This document shows, piece after piece, positions 10,406 to 19,909 of a DNA stretch of 64,000 nucleotides. The position numbers and the translations under genes were made by a program. Each line of letters starts with the position of its first letter. Position 1 is the stretch's first letter. Below the pieces are notes generated by a model. That model was not told where the DNA came from and did not search any database. It saw only the letters and a program-made list of their open reading frames with translations. The stretch is from an uncultured archaeon (GTDB lineage Archaea; Asgardarchaeota; Lokiarchaeia; Sigyniarchaeales; SOKP01). The DNA is taken from NCBI GenBank assembly GCA_964486045.1, contig CAZALK010000009.1:1-64000 (forward strand), given 5' to 3'.

Positions 10406-11227
10406 ATGAGGATGGCAATCAAAGAGTTTGTTGTTAGTAAACATATTTCAATCAGATTAGAGGGTACAGAGATTTATATCTATATCGACGGGAATCGTTT
10501 CAAGCAATGTGCCAGCTTAGTATTAAATATTCCCATCGACAAGATTGAGGATTTTGATGATATTAAATCTATCGAGGAGGCTGTAGAGAGGCTAGAATCG
10601 ACAGAAGGGTGGGATCAACTCAGTTTGGAATATCATATATCCCCTGAAGAGGAGTTCTTCGGTCATTGCTCAAATATTCAAGCATGGTACGAAAGTGGTT
10701 ATAATTCAAATATCTTACATTATACTTTGTCATTTAGTTTGCTTCAAGAATTGGCTAAATATGATTCGGTAGCAAAAGCTGTTTTAAGGGAAGAAGTTGC
10801 TAAAAGATTAGCAACCGGCTACGAAAACGTGACTAATTACATTTATGAGTCTCGTCTTATTTTATTATTATCCCATGATGAAATTTTAGATATACTATTG
10901 CATCCAGAGGATGCTGAGATTTTCCATGAGCTTGAATCTGTGTTGCAAGCTAAGGTTTATATATCAAATGAGGATAAATTCCCCAGATATTCCTACTCCG
11001 GTCGTGACTATTTAGCTACTGTTGAGGATAGACGAATCGTGAGTTTACGTTTAGGGTCTTCAAAGCTGGATATAATTCCTGATGTAATATGCAAATTTAA
11101 AAATATTACAGACCTGTTTTTCAAAGACCTTAATAATTTAAATTATCTGCCAGATCTATTAAAACATCTCTTTATTTGGCAAGACAGCGATTTTATTTGG
11201 CACCCTTATGAGCGTCTTGATACATAG
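10406..11227 (+). CDS. Lokiarchaeal LRR-associated family protein (conserved N-terminal domain plus 1-2 degenerate leucine-rich repeats)
   Basis: N-terminal motifs EFVVSKHISIRLE..IYIYIDG.RF.QC..LVLNIP and ISPEEEFFGHCSNIQAWYE..Y.S.ILH..LSFSLLQEL, recognised from an expanded Lokiarchaeia family. The C-terminus is LRR-like: IVSLRLGSSKLDIIPDVICKFKNITDL. Confidence 0.7.
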   Translation: MRMAIKEFVVSKHISIRLEGTEIYIYIDGNRFKQCASLVLNIPIDKIEDFDDIKSIEEAVERLESTEGWDQLSLEYHISPEEEFFGHCSNIQAWYESGYNSNILHYTLSFSLLQELAKYDSVAKAVLREEVAKRLATGYENVTNYIYESRLILLLSHDEILDILLHPEDAEIFHELESVLQAKVYISNEDKFPRYSYSGRDYLATVEDRRIVSLRLGSSKLDIIPDVICKFKNITDLFFKDLNNLNYLPDLLKHLFIWQDSDFIWHPYERLDT

Positions 11228-11278
11228 TTTGCAATAAAACAAGTTCATCAGTCAATGCACTCCACGACCTCCTATGTT

Positions 11279-11623
11279 TTAATTAAAAATCCCGATATGC
11301 ATCCCTGAGCCTGCTGAGCCGCATTGTCTATCTAAAGAGAAGGATGGAACTGTTACTGGAAATCCCGCTAAAAAGAGTGGAATTCTTCCCCCATATGACC
11401 AATTTTCTAAAACCCCCGCAGCAACACCTACCGAAACTTCATTGATATCTCCTTTTTGTATGCCCTTATCAGCTAATTTCTCGTCAAAAAATTTCATGAG
11501 TAATTCAGCTAACAACTCATCTCCTCTAATTTCACCGAATACGTCTCTTTCAGGTTGTTTAGCTCTTGAGCGAGAGAAAGCCGTTCGAGCATAATCGATC
11601 AACCACACTTCTTTAAGATCCAT
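11279..11623 (-). pseudogene. 3'-truncated acetyl-CoA acyltransferase (thiolase), N-terminal 114 aa only
   Basis: Typical thiolase N-terminus (VWLIDYARTAFSR...DINEVSVG...VPSFSLDRQCGSAGSGMHIG) including the nucleophilic Cys, then IFN-stop. The C-terminal His/Cys catalytic half is absent. Confidence 0.85.
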
Positions 11624-11787
11624 TTTGTTTTCACTTTTTTATTTTTTATTTTTTTAGATTGAAACTATCAATTAAAATTAAGGATATTATTTTAACAATT
11701 TTAAATTGAGAATTTGATTTACTTAGGTATAGGAAAAAAGTATTTATAGTACAAAGACAAATATACGTATTTAATGGTGAAAATTGA

Positions 11788-12591
11788 ATGAATAACAGGG
11801 AAAAAGAAAAAAAGGGAAAAATCGACAAAGCTAAAACCTTACATCTTGTAAAACCTCGTGTTTCTCCCATAAATGAAGTAGATTTTATTAAAGAGTTATA
11901 CGATTTTAATAAGGCTATGGATCACTTACAATTTGGGAAACAAGAAAGTTTCGATTCAGAATGGGAGAGTGAAATGCATTCTCTTGTGCAGTGGTTAAAA
12001 AACTATAATGAAAGTATGCTTAATGATTTATCATCCTTTCTTAAACTAAATGAAAAGGGATTAAATATAGATTCAATTAATTTTGATGACTATGAGGACT
12101 CCATTAAATCATTTATTTACGAAAAAGGCTCTATATATAATATTAGGGCTACAATGACCATGCATAGGAGATTGCGGTTGAAATGGATATTAATGGCAAG
12201 TCACGTGACGTACGACTCCTCACTTCCTCCACGCGAGAAGGAAATATTGATTTTACGTAATGCGTGGCTTTGTAGGTGTGAGTATGAATGGGATCATCAT
12301 GTACTTGTTGGAAAACGAACTGGTCTTTCGAATGAAGAGATTGATCAAATAAAAAAAGGTCCTGATGCTCAAGGATGGAGTCCTTTTGATATGACGTTAT
12401 TATGTGCCGTTGATGAACTCCATAAAAACAAGATAATATCAAATGAAACGTGGAAATCCTTATCTGAACGATACAACACACAGAATCTTATGGATTTGAT
12501 ATTTGTTGTTGGAGCATACAACATGCTAGCTATGTTTATGAACTCTTTTGGGCTTCAAACAGAAGATTGTGTAAAAAAAATGCTTGCTTGA
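11788..12591 (+). CDS. Carboxymuconolactone decarboxylase/AhpD-like family protein, paralog 1
   Basis: SSLPPREKEILILRNAWLCRCEYEWDHH...GLSNEEIDQI...LLCAVDELH...MDLIFVVGAYNMLAMFMNSFG. Confidence 0.85.
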   Translation: MNNREKEKKGKIDKAKTLHLVKPRVSPINEVDFIKELYDFNKAMDHLQFGKQESFDSEWESEMHSLVQWLKNYNESMLNDLSSFLKLNEKGLNIDSINFDDYEDSIKSFIYEKGSIYNIRATMTMHRRLRLKWILMASHVTYDSSLPPREKEILILRNAWLCRCEYEWDHHVLVGKRTGLSNEEIDQIKKGPDAQGWSPFDMTLLCAVDELHKNKIISNETWKSLSERYNTQNLMDLIFVVGAYNMLAMFMNSFGLQTEDCVKKMLA

Positions 12592-12667
12592 TTAGAAGTA
12601 AAAAGAAAGAAAATTTAATTAAATCAGAGTATTCATATTTCAAAATAGAAATTTTGTGAACTTGAAA

Positions 12668-13477
12668 ATGAATGAGGAAAAAAAAGACGATCTAAAAAGG
12701 AATCTTAATAGGGATGGACTCTTGAAGTTTAATTCCTCCCGGGTTTCTCCTCTAAATGAACTAGAATATGTACAAGGGTTAATATCTTCCCGCCAGGCGG
12801 TTGATAACATAAAGTTTGATGAAAAAAGTGGTGAAAAGTCCGAGTGGGATAGTGCAGTTTTGAGTATAATAAGAGAATTGAAGGGGGGTCCAAATTTCTA
12901 CATGAATCCTATAGCTCAACATTTAAAACTCGCTGACAAAGGGTTAGATTTAAATTCAATTAAACTTGAAGATTTTGAAGAACCTATTAAAGATTTTATA
13001 AAACAAAAAGCTACCATTTTTCACCTTAGAGCTACCTTGATGAGACATAAGGATCTTTTCTTAAGGTGGGGTTTATTCGCAAGTCAGGTATTTGTTCATT
13101 CAGACATCCCCCCTCGAGAAAAAGAAATTATTATCTTACGAATTGCTTGGCTTAGTCAATCGGAATATGAATGGGAACATCATGTAGCTGGCAGTAAACG
13201 GGGAAAACTTTTTTCTGATGATGAAATCAATAGGATTAAACAAGGTCCAAATGCAGAAGGGTGGGATGATTTTGAGTCTACACTAGTTCTAGCCGTAGAT
13301 GAGCTTTATTCCAAAAATTGCATGTCAGACTCAACATGGAAAATTCTCTCTGAACGATTTAACACAAATCAACTCATTGAAATTCTTTTCATTGTAGGAT
13401 ACTATAACCTGTTGGCATTAACAATGAACACTCTTGGTGCTCAAGTAGAAAGTATGTATAAAAACATTCCAAAATAA
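12668..13477 (+). CDS. Carboxymuconolactone decarboxylase/AhpD-like family protein, paralog 2
   Basis: IPPREKEIIILRIAWLSQSEYEWEHH; aligns end to end with paralog 1. The start is probably ATG 12668 (the track uses GTG 12656). Confidence 0.85.
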   Translation: MNEEKKDDLKRNLNRDGLLKFNSSRVSPLNELEYVQGLISSRQAVDNIKFDEKSGEKSEWDSAVLSIIRELKGGPNFYMNPIAQHLKLADKGLDLNSIKLEDFEEPIKDFIKQKATIFHLRATLMRHKDLFLRWGLFASQVFVHSDIPPREKEIIILRIAWLSQSEYEWEHHVAGSKRGKLFSDDEINRIKQGPNAEGWDDFESTLVLAVDELYSKNCMSDSTWKILSERFNTNQLIEILFIVGYYNLLALTMNTLGAQVESMYKNIPK

Positions 13478-13601
13478 AAACTGGAGATCCTCGCACTATG
13501 AAGATTCGGGAAGCTATATTAAAAACATATTAATTAAAATCTAATTGACTTTTTATGATCTTTTTCTAAAACATATAAAAAAAAATAAGAAGTTATTGAA
13601 A

Positions 13602-14435
13602 TTATTTGCCTTCAAATTTTGGGAGTCTCTTTTCATTAAAAGCTCTGACTCCTTCCATTGAATCTTTGGAGGTAGCATTCAGGGCATAGCCCCAATATTC
13701 AAACTGGAGACCAACATTTAGTGGTACCTGAGTTCCAAATAATGTACATTTCTTTATGATGTACAACGAATTTGTCGCTGCATTCCCTAACCATGATGCT
13801 TTTTCATGGACAAAATCTTCAAATTTGTCATCATCAACCAAGAAACTGATAAATCCCCATTCATCCATTTGTTCTGCAGTGAGATGTTCGCCAAAATAGG
13901 TCATTCTATTGGCTCTCATCTTACCTATATGTCTGACCATTCTTTGAGTTCCGCCATTACCAGGAAAAATTCCTCGTTTGATTTCAGGAAAACCGAATTG
14001 TGACCTTTTCGAAGCGATAACAATATCACAAACTAATACTAGTTCTAATCCTCCACCTAATGCAAAACCATCAACAGCAGCTATTATCGGTTTTGGAAAT
14101 TCTTCAATCATATTATAATACTTATGTCTGTAGTGTTGTGCTTGACCTCGGTGTCGTATATTACTGTAGTCCAGAGTTGGGCCTCTGTCTCCCCGAGATG
14201 AGAGATCCGCCCCTGCAGAAAACGATGGTTTTTTAGTATATTCTTTTGTCCCTCGGATGACAACGCATCTAACGTTCTGATCTGTTTCCACAGATTCTAA
14301 AGCCTTAGCAATTTCATAAAGTGTTCGGTTTTGAAGAGCATTTAATTTATCTGGTCGAATTATTGAGATTACTGCATAATTATCTTCTTCTACTTTTTCA
14401 ATTTTTACATGCTCAAACTTTATAGATTCAGCCAT
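13602..14435 (-). CDS. Enoyl-CoA hydratase/isomerase (crotonase family)
   Basis: RPDKLNAL, FSAGADL, KPIIAAVDGFALGGGLEL, FGFPEIKRGIFPGNGGTQR, EGVRAFNEKRLPKFEGK. Both catalytic Glu are present. Confidence 0.93.
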   Translation of the reverse strand: MAESIKFEHVKIEKVEEDNYAVISIIRPDKLNALQNRTLYEIAKALESVETDQNVRCVVIRGTKEYTKKPSFSAGADLSSRGDRGPTLDYSNIRHRGQAQHYRHKYYNMIEEFPKPIIAAVDGFALGGGLELVLVCDIVIASKRSQFGFPEIKRGIFPGNGGTQRMVRHIGKMRANRMTYFGEHLTAEQMDEWGFISFLVDDDKFEDFVHEKASWLGNAATNSLYIIKKCTLFGTQVPLNVGLQFEYWGYALNATSKDSMEGVRAFNEKRLPKFEGK

Positions 14436-14561
14436 CTTTTCTAACCTTTTTTTATCTAGAATTCTTAATTGTTAAGTGCATTAACTAAAGAACTATAATG
14501 AAAAAAAGTTACTAAAAAAAGAATAAAAAAAGAAGAATTTGATCTCAAATATTTGAGAAAA

Positions 14562-16061
14562 TTAAAGAATACCATCCCACGCTTTTCTTTCACTTCCATA
14601 TGGATCTTCTTCGACAGTAACTTCCTTGCCGAAAAGGATTGTAGATCTTTTTCCTTTATCGTAAGCAGAAAGTTCTGGAATATTCTCATGATTTGGGTTA
14701 CCAGAATGAGCAAACGCAATCCATGCATCCATCATTTGTTCTGATAACTTCTGTGTTTCTGCATTTCTGCCTGGAAAAATTCCAATGTCTCTATCCCCAA
14801 GAAGACCGAATACAAAAGGAAGTTCTAGAGCATGCATGGCTCCATATTTCCCTCCATCTATAGGGCTTTTCCAAGTAAAAAGATACATATATATGTTTTT
14901 TTGATGTTTAGATTGTTCTTCTGCAAGACGAACTGAAGGGATACGAAACATATAATCTGTCAATATTGCATCCATGATGTCTCTAGGAGTTTTTCTTAAT
15001 TCTCTGTATGTATCTATGAGCTCTTTAGATTTGCTTTCTTTCTGCTTTGTAAATCGCATAAGTGTATTTACAGTGTTTAATAATCTTTCCTCTTTAAAGT
15101 CAAAAGCTTTAGGTGTCCACATTAAAAATAATTTGTTTTCATCCAAGTTTGACCCTATGAATACATCTATATCCTTGGCAGATCCCTTAGTTATTGCTTC
15201 TAGTGGGTGATCTGGTAAAGTGTTTTTATCTACAACCGGACCCACCCTCAAACCACCTGCTCGTAATTCTGTTGCATTCATTTGGGGTACTATAAATTGT
15301 TCAGCTGGAAGGGTCCGTAATGCATCTATATCTCCTTTTTCAACTCCTAATTTTTGGATTAAATTTTCATAGACTTTAATCCCGGAGACCGGATTATAAC
15401 CGAATTTATTTGCAGCTCCAGAATGAGGGATAGCTTTATGAAACAATCCCTTTGCTGAAGGCACAGCAAGTAGGCTAGAAACTGCCATACCACCCGCAGA
15501 TTCCCCAAAAATAGTGACATTATTAGGATCTCCCCCAAATTTTGAGATATTTTCTTTAACCCATTCAAGTGCTGCAACCATATCTAGTAATCCCGCATTA
15601 GCAGTCGTATCAGGCATATCTGGCATATAAAAAAAACCAAGATATCCAAGACGATAATTAATACTAACTACAACCACGTCCCCCCTAAGAACTAACCGTG
15701 AACCATCTAAAGATGCTCCATTTCCCGTTATAAATCCTCCACCATGTATCCAAAACATAACAGGCCGCTTTTTACCGTTTAAACTTTGGGTCCAGATATT
15801 CAAAGTTAGACAATCAGACTCACTTTGAGGCAATGGTTCACCAAATAATGCTTCAAGGTTTGAGGACGGTTGAATTGAAACTGAGCTATATTTTAATGCA
15901 TCTCGCACTTCGCTCCAAGGTTCAACAGGAGCAGGAGGTTTAAATCGGAATTCTCCCACAGGTGGGGCTGCATAGGGTATTCCTTTAAATTTTATAACCC
16001 CTTTTTTACTATATCCACGGATTTTACCATTTGTCGTTTCTACAATAATATCATTTTCCAT
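14562..16061 (-). CDS. Type-B carboxylesterase/lipase (PnbA-like)
   Basis: FKGIPYAAPPVGEFRF, DCLTLNIW, WIHGGGF, GESAG nucleophile, GAMHALELPFVFG. Start is ATG 16061 or GTG 16070. Confidence 0.93.
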   Translation of the reverse strand: MENDIIVETTNGKIRGYSKKGVIKFKGIPYAAPPVGEFRFKPPAPVEPWSEVRDALKYSSVSIQPSSNLEALFGEPLPQSESDCLTLNIWTQSLNGKKRPVMFWIHGGGFITGNGASLDGSRLVLRGDVVVVSINYRLGYLGFFYMPDMPDTTANAGLLDMVAALEWVKENISKFGGDPNNVTIFGESAGGMAVSSLLAVPSAKGLFHKAIPHSGAANKFGYNPVSGIKVYENLIQKLGVEKGDIDALRTLPAEQFIVPQMNATELRAGGLRVGPVVDKNTLPDHPLEAITKGSAKDIDVFIGSNLDENKLFLMWTPKAFDFKEERLLNTVNTLMRFTKQKESKSKELIDTYRELRKTPRDIMDAILTDYMFRIPSVRLAEEQSKHQKNIYMYLFTWKSPIDGGKYGAMHALELPFVFGLLGDRDIGIFPGRNAETQKLSEQMMDAWIAFAHSGNPNHENIPELSAYDKGKRSTILFGKEVTVEEDPYGSERKAWDGIL

Positions 16062-16082
16062 TATATTCACTTTTTGTTTATT

Positions 16083-16640
16083 TTATAATTTTGATTTAAA
16101 AATTATTGAAGGTTTTATTTTATTATTATTTTTGAAACCTATTGCGTTAGGATTGGTTCCATATTTTTGTTGTAATTGCTCGATTGGTCCAACATCTAAA
16201 GCATACATAGGACAAGCTTCAACACAAATTGTTTGCTTTCCTTGCTCTAACCTTTCTAAACATAGGTCACATTTTCTCATTTTAGCGTTACTTGTTGCAT
16301 TAAATTGTGGTGAATCCCAGGAGCACACTTTCAAACATTTAGCCCCACATTCATTTTTTCCTAGACAAGTTTCTTGATTTACTATTACAATTCCATCGGA
16401 TTCTCTTTTTATGATAGCATTAGTGGGACAAGCCTTAATACAGGGAGGATCAGTACAATGGTTACACGCGATAGCAAGATATGCTAGAAATAAATTTGGA
16501 AACTTCCCTTCTTCTATGCTAATTATTCGCATCCAGTTTTCAGGTCCTGAATCGATATCATTCCAGTCTTTGCAAGCAACTGAACAGGTATAGCAACCAG
16601 TACATCTAGTTTGGTCAAAGTAAAATCCCATTTGTTTCAT
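16083..16640 (-). CDS. dmsB: DmsB-like 4Fe-4S electron-transfer subunit
   Basis: FYFDQTRCTGCYTCSVACKDWN, CNHCTDPPCIKACP, KCDLC..R..QG.Q.ICVEACP. It overlaps the dmsA-like stop codon (ATGA coupling). Confidence 0.85.
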   Translation of the reverse strand: MKQMGFYFDQTRCTGCYTCSVACKDWNDIDSGPENWMRIISIEEGKFPNLFLAYLAIACNHCTDPPCIKACPTNAIIKRESDGIVIVNQETCLGKNECGAKCLKVCSWDSPQFNATSNAKMRKCDLCLERLEQGKQTICVEACPMYALDVGPIEQLQQKYGTNPNAIGFKNNNKIKPSIIFKSKL

Positions 16641-18934
16641 GATACTCCCTCTGTTTCCTTTTTAGAGAATAACTCTACTTGAACCAGTGCACTATTCATA
16701 GGAAAAGCACCTCCAGGTGAGTGTGAATCTTTTGTTAAAACATTTCCACATCCTCCAAGGTCAACCCCCTCTTTATCTGGGTTATACCATGCTCCTTGAA
16801 ACACAACAACTACTCCAGGCATAATTCGTTCTGTCACATTGGCAGGGATCCGAATGCGTCCTCTATCATTAAAAACATCAATTAAATCACCGTTCTTAAC
16901 ATTTCTTGATTCTGCATCAACAGGGTTGATCCAAACTGCATGAGGTTCAACTTCTTCCAACCATGGAATCATACTCAAACTCGAATGGGTCCTCCTTTTA
17001 TTGTGAGGCGTAAGAAGTTGCAAAGGATATTGTTTTGCTTGAGGAGCATCATAATGTTCTTCATGGCTCAAATATTTAGGTATTGGCGGCATGTTAGGGA
17101 CATTTAATTCTGCTATGTGTTCACAATATATCTCAATTTTTCCTGATAGTGTAGGAAATGGATTATTTTCTAGATCTTCCATTTGATCTTTAAACGCAAC
17201 AAAAGGTTCCTCTACTTTTACTTTATAAAACCCATCTTTTTTCATTTGATCATAACTCTTAATATCCTTACGAGGGGATGTAAAAATTCGTAGGATTTGA
17301 TCTTCTGATAGAATTAAAAGACCGGGATCAATACCTAACTTCAAAGCCAGCTCCTTACAAATCTCCAGATCTGATTTTGATTCATATAGTGAATCAATAG
17401 CTTTGTTCAAATAAATGTAATAAGGTGATCCGAGCCAGGGAACTGCTATATCATTACGTTCCATAAAAGTGTTAACTGGTAATAAGATATCTGCAAATTT
17501 AGCAGTAGGTGTCATAAATTGTTCATGAACTACGATAAACTCAAGAGATTTCAAAGCCCTAACCCCTTTATTCACATTACTATATTGATTTAAACGATTT
17601 TCTGCTGCAATATAGGCCATTTTTAAATCCGCTGGATATCCACCTTTTCGACCTTGTAATATAGCATCATAGTATTCATTAAAATGGATGCGTGAGCTCG
17701 CTGGATTTGTCCCTCCTCTCAATTTATAAAGGCTATCTTTACGGGGAGGAGCTCCCCAATCAACAGGATTACCTCGAGGAGTCTTTTTCTTTATAATTTC
17801 TTTTCTTTCTTCTTGATTAATCGGACCTGTTTTCTTTTTCCGGCCTGATGATACTGTCTCACGGCTGTAATACGCTCGCATAAATCCAGAAGCATATCCC
17901 CCTTTAACTCCAATATTTCCAGTGATAGTACATAATATGTTAGCCGCTCTTGAATATTGTTCTCCTCTTGCAGTCCGAGCAGGTCCCCATCCAGCCATGA
18001 GTGCTGCTGGTTTATTGGATGCATACTCCCGTGCTAAGTTTATGATTATTTCTGCGGGTACAGTAGTAATTTCTTCCGCCCATTGTGATGTTTTTGGAAT
18101 ACCATCCTTTCCTCCCATTAAATACGTTTTATATTTATCGAAACCGACTGTGTATTTCTCAATGAAAGTTTGATCGTGAAGGTTTTCAGTAATAATTACG
18201 TATGCCATTGCATTGAGCATTGCAGTATCAGTACCAGGTCGAATAGGGATCCACTGCTCTGCTAGAATCGCCGCTGAATCGGTAAAAATTGGATCTATAA
18301 CAACTATTTTAATTCCTTTTTCTCGTGCCTTCGCGAGCATTAATGAAGTTCCTGGATCCCATACAGTGTTGGCAGGATTCCAACCCCACATTATTATTAA
18401 TTTAGAATTTAGCAAGTCTTCTCGGGCATTGCCCGTCATCATTGTACCATAAGTTGCCATTGAAGCAAAAAGCGGTCCTTCATATGAAGGTATTCCCCAC
18501 ATACGTGTATAACCACCAAATTGGTTAAGCATCAAACCCACCGGGGTTACTCCATGGAGCATGCCCTGATTTCCGCCACCAGGGACAAATAAAATGGAAG
18601 AGTTTCCATAATTTTCCTTAATTTCTTTCATTTTATTTGCGACTATTTCTAATGCCTCATTCCAAGAGATCTTCTCAAATTTACCCTCACCTCGTTCTCC
18701 AATACGACGCATGGGATATTTTAACCTGTCTGGAGAATATACTTTTTGTCTATACACTCTTCCGCGTAAACAAGCTCGTAACTGCGGATCATCGCCATTA
18801 TCTGTTTCAAAACGTATAATCTTACCATCTTTAACATGTGCTTTAAGTGTACAGCGACCCCCGCAATCATGGCAACAACCAGTATTAACTATTTTAATAC
18901 CGTCTTGATCATTTTCGATATTATTATAACTCAT
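16637..18934 (-). CDS. dmsA: DMSO-reductase-family molybdopterin oxidoreductase catalytic subunit (DmsA/YnfE-like), no Tat signal
   Basis: N-terminal CCHDCGGRC...LRACLRG Fe-S motif, RLKYPMRRIGERGEGKFEKISW, WIPIRPGTDTA, FMTPTAKFADILLP, PTLSGKIEIY, and a C-terminal bis-MGD domain (RTHS, INPVDAESR, DRGRI). The substrate is not established. Confidence 0.85.
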   Translation of the reverse strand: MSYNNIENDQDGIKIVNTGCCHDCGGRCTLKAHVKDGKIIRFETDNGDDPQLRACLRGRVYRQKVYSPDRLKYPMRRIGERGEGKFEKISWNEALEIVANKMKEIKENYGNSSILFVPGGGNQGMLHGVTPVGLMLNQFGGYTRMWGIPSYEGPLFASMATYGTMMTGNAREDLLNSKLIIMWGWNPANTVWDPGTSLMLAKAREKGIKIVVIDPIFTDSAAILAEQWIPIRPGTDTAMLNAMAYVIITENLHDQTFIEKYTVGFDKYKTYLMGGKDGIPKTSQWAEEITTVPAEIIINLAREYASNKPAALMAGWGPARTARGEQYSRAANILCTITGNIGVKGGYASGFMRAYYSRETVSSGRKKKTGPINQEERKEIIKKKTPRGNPVDWGAPPRKDSLYKLRGGTNPASSRIHFNEYYDAILQGRKGGYPADLKMAYIAAENRLNQYSNVNKGVRALKSLEFIVVHEQFMTPTAKFADILLPVNTFMERNDIAVPWLGSPYYIYLNKAIDSLYESKSDLEICKELALKLGIDPGLLILSEDQILRIFTSPRKDIKSYDQMKKDGFYKVKVEEPFVAFKDQMEDLENNPFPTLSGKIEIYCEHIAELNVPNMPPIPKYLSHEEHYDAPQAKQYPLQLLTPHNKRRTHSSLSMIPWLEEVEPHAVWINPVDAESRNVKNGDLIDVFNDRGRIRIPANVTERIMPGVVVVFQGAWYNPDKEGVDLGGCGNVLTKDSHSPGGAFPMNSALVQVELFSKKETEGVS

Positions 18935-19051
18935 AAATTTAAATCATTCTCTTGAAATATATAATTACACAAAAATTTTGTTCTATTTTAACCTTTATTT
19001 GAGGATTCTTAAATTAAAAATAATAAAGTTCTTAATAATAAATAGAATAGA

Positions 19052-19909
19052 TTGTTAATAGGTGCATCTGGTTTGGATATAAATAAAAAAGAATTAATTT
19101 TTCTTGGAAGTAGTGGAGGAATACAAGTTCCTTCATTTCATTGTTCTTGCCGAACATGTGAGGACGCAAGGAATGACCCTAAATTACAGCGAACGAGAGC
19201 CTCAGTTTTAATATCCGGGAAAGAAAACATATTGTTTGATGCTGGGCCGGATATTGAATTTCAACTCGAGCGGGAAAAAATTAAATTCATTGATCGAATA
19301 TTCTTAACACATTGGCATTATGACCATTGTTTTGGATTAGGTGCGTTTCCAGAATTAGGTTCTCACGGAACTTGGGAGAAGAAAATAATTGATTTATATT
19401 TACCTAAACAAGATGTGAATTATTTTGAAAATATAGGTTTTTCATGGACTAAATTTCGATATAATATCCACCCGATAAAACCAGGAGATACTATCGAATT
19501 ACCCGATGCTACTTTTGAAGTTGTGAAGACTAATCATTCAGTTGATAGTGTCGGTTATATCATTACTACTCCCAATAAATCAATTGCATATTTAGTGGAT
19601 GGGGTAATTCCACCAGAGGAAACTTTAATTCGATTAGATAGAACCAAATTAGAGTTATTAATTTTAGAGGGTACAATGGATGAATTGATCCTCTCTGAGG
19701 GAGTACTATGGTATAATTTTTCTATTGGTGATGCTGTTGATTTTTGGAAAACATTACAAGTACCAGAATGTATCCTAACACACGCATCCTTTCACAGTTG
19801 GAAAAACAATCAATTAATTGCTGGAATAACCCAAAAAGAGCGTAATATTTTTGTTAAAAAAAATCCAGGATTATCATTTGCTTATGATGGATTAAGAATA
19901 GAGATATGA
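19052..19909 (+). CDS. Metallo-beta-lactamase-fold hydrolase (PhnP-like phosphodiesterase)
   Basis: LGSSGG..VPSFHCSCRTCEDAR (Zn site), LFDAGPD, THWHYDH. The start may be TTG 19073, downstream of AGGTG. Confidence 0.85.
   Translation: MLIGASGLDINKKELIFLGSSGGIQVPSFHCSCRTCEDARNDPKLQRTRASVLISGKENILFDAGPDIEFQLEREKIKFIDRIFLTHWHYDHCFGLGAFPELGSHGTWEKKIIDLYLPKQDVNYFENIGFSWTKFRYNIHPIKPGDTIELPDATFEVVKTNHSVDSVGYIITTPNKSIAYLVDGVIPPEETLIRLDRTKLELLILEGTMDELILSEGVLWYNFSIGDAVDFWKTLQVPECILTHASFHSWKNNQLIAGITQKERNIFVKKNPGLSFAYDGLRIEI

Noticed and set aside
13479-13533. TGDPRTMKIREAILKTY peptide resembling the TGDPR motif of the GRE
   Set aside because: Five-residue match only; likely coincidence.
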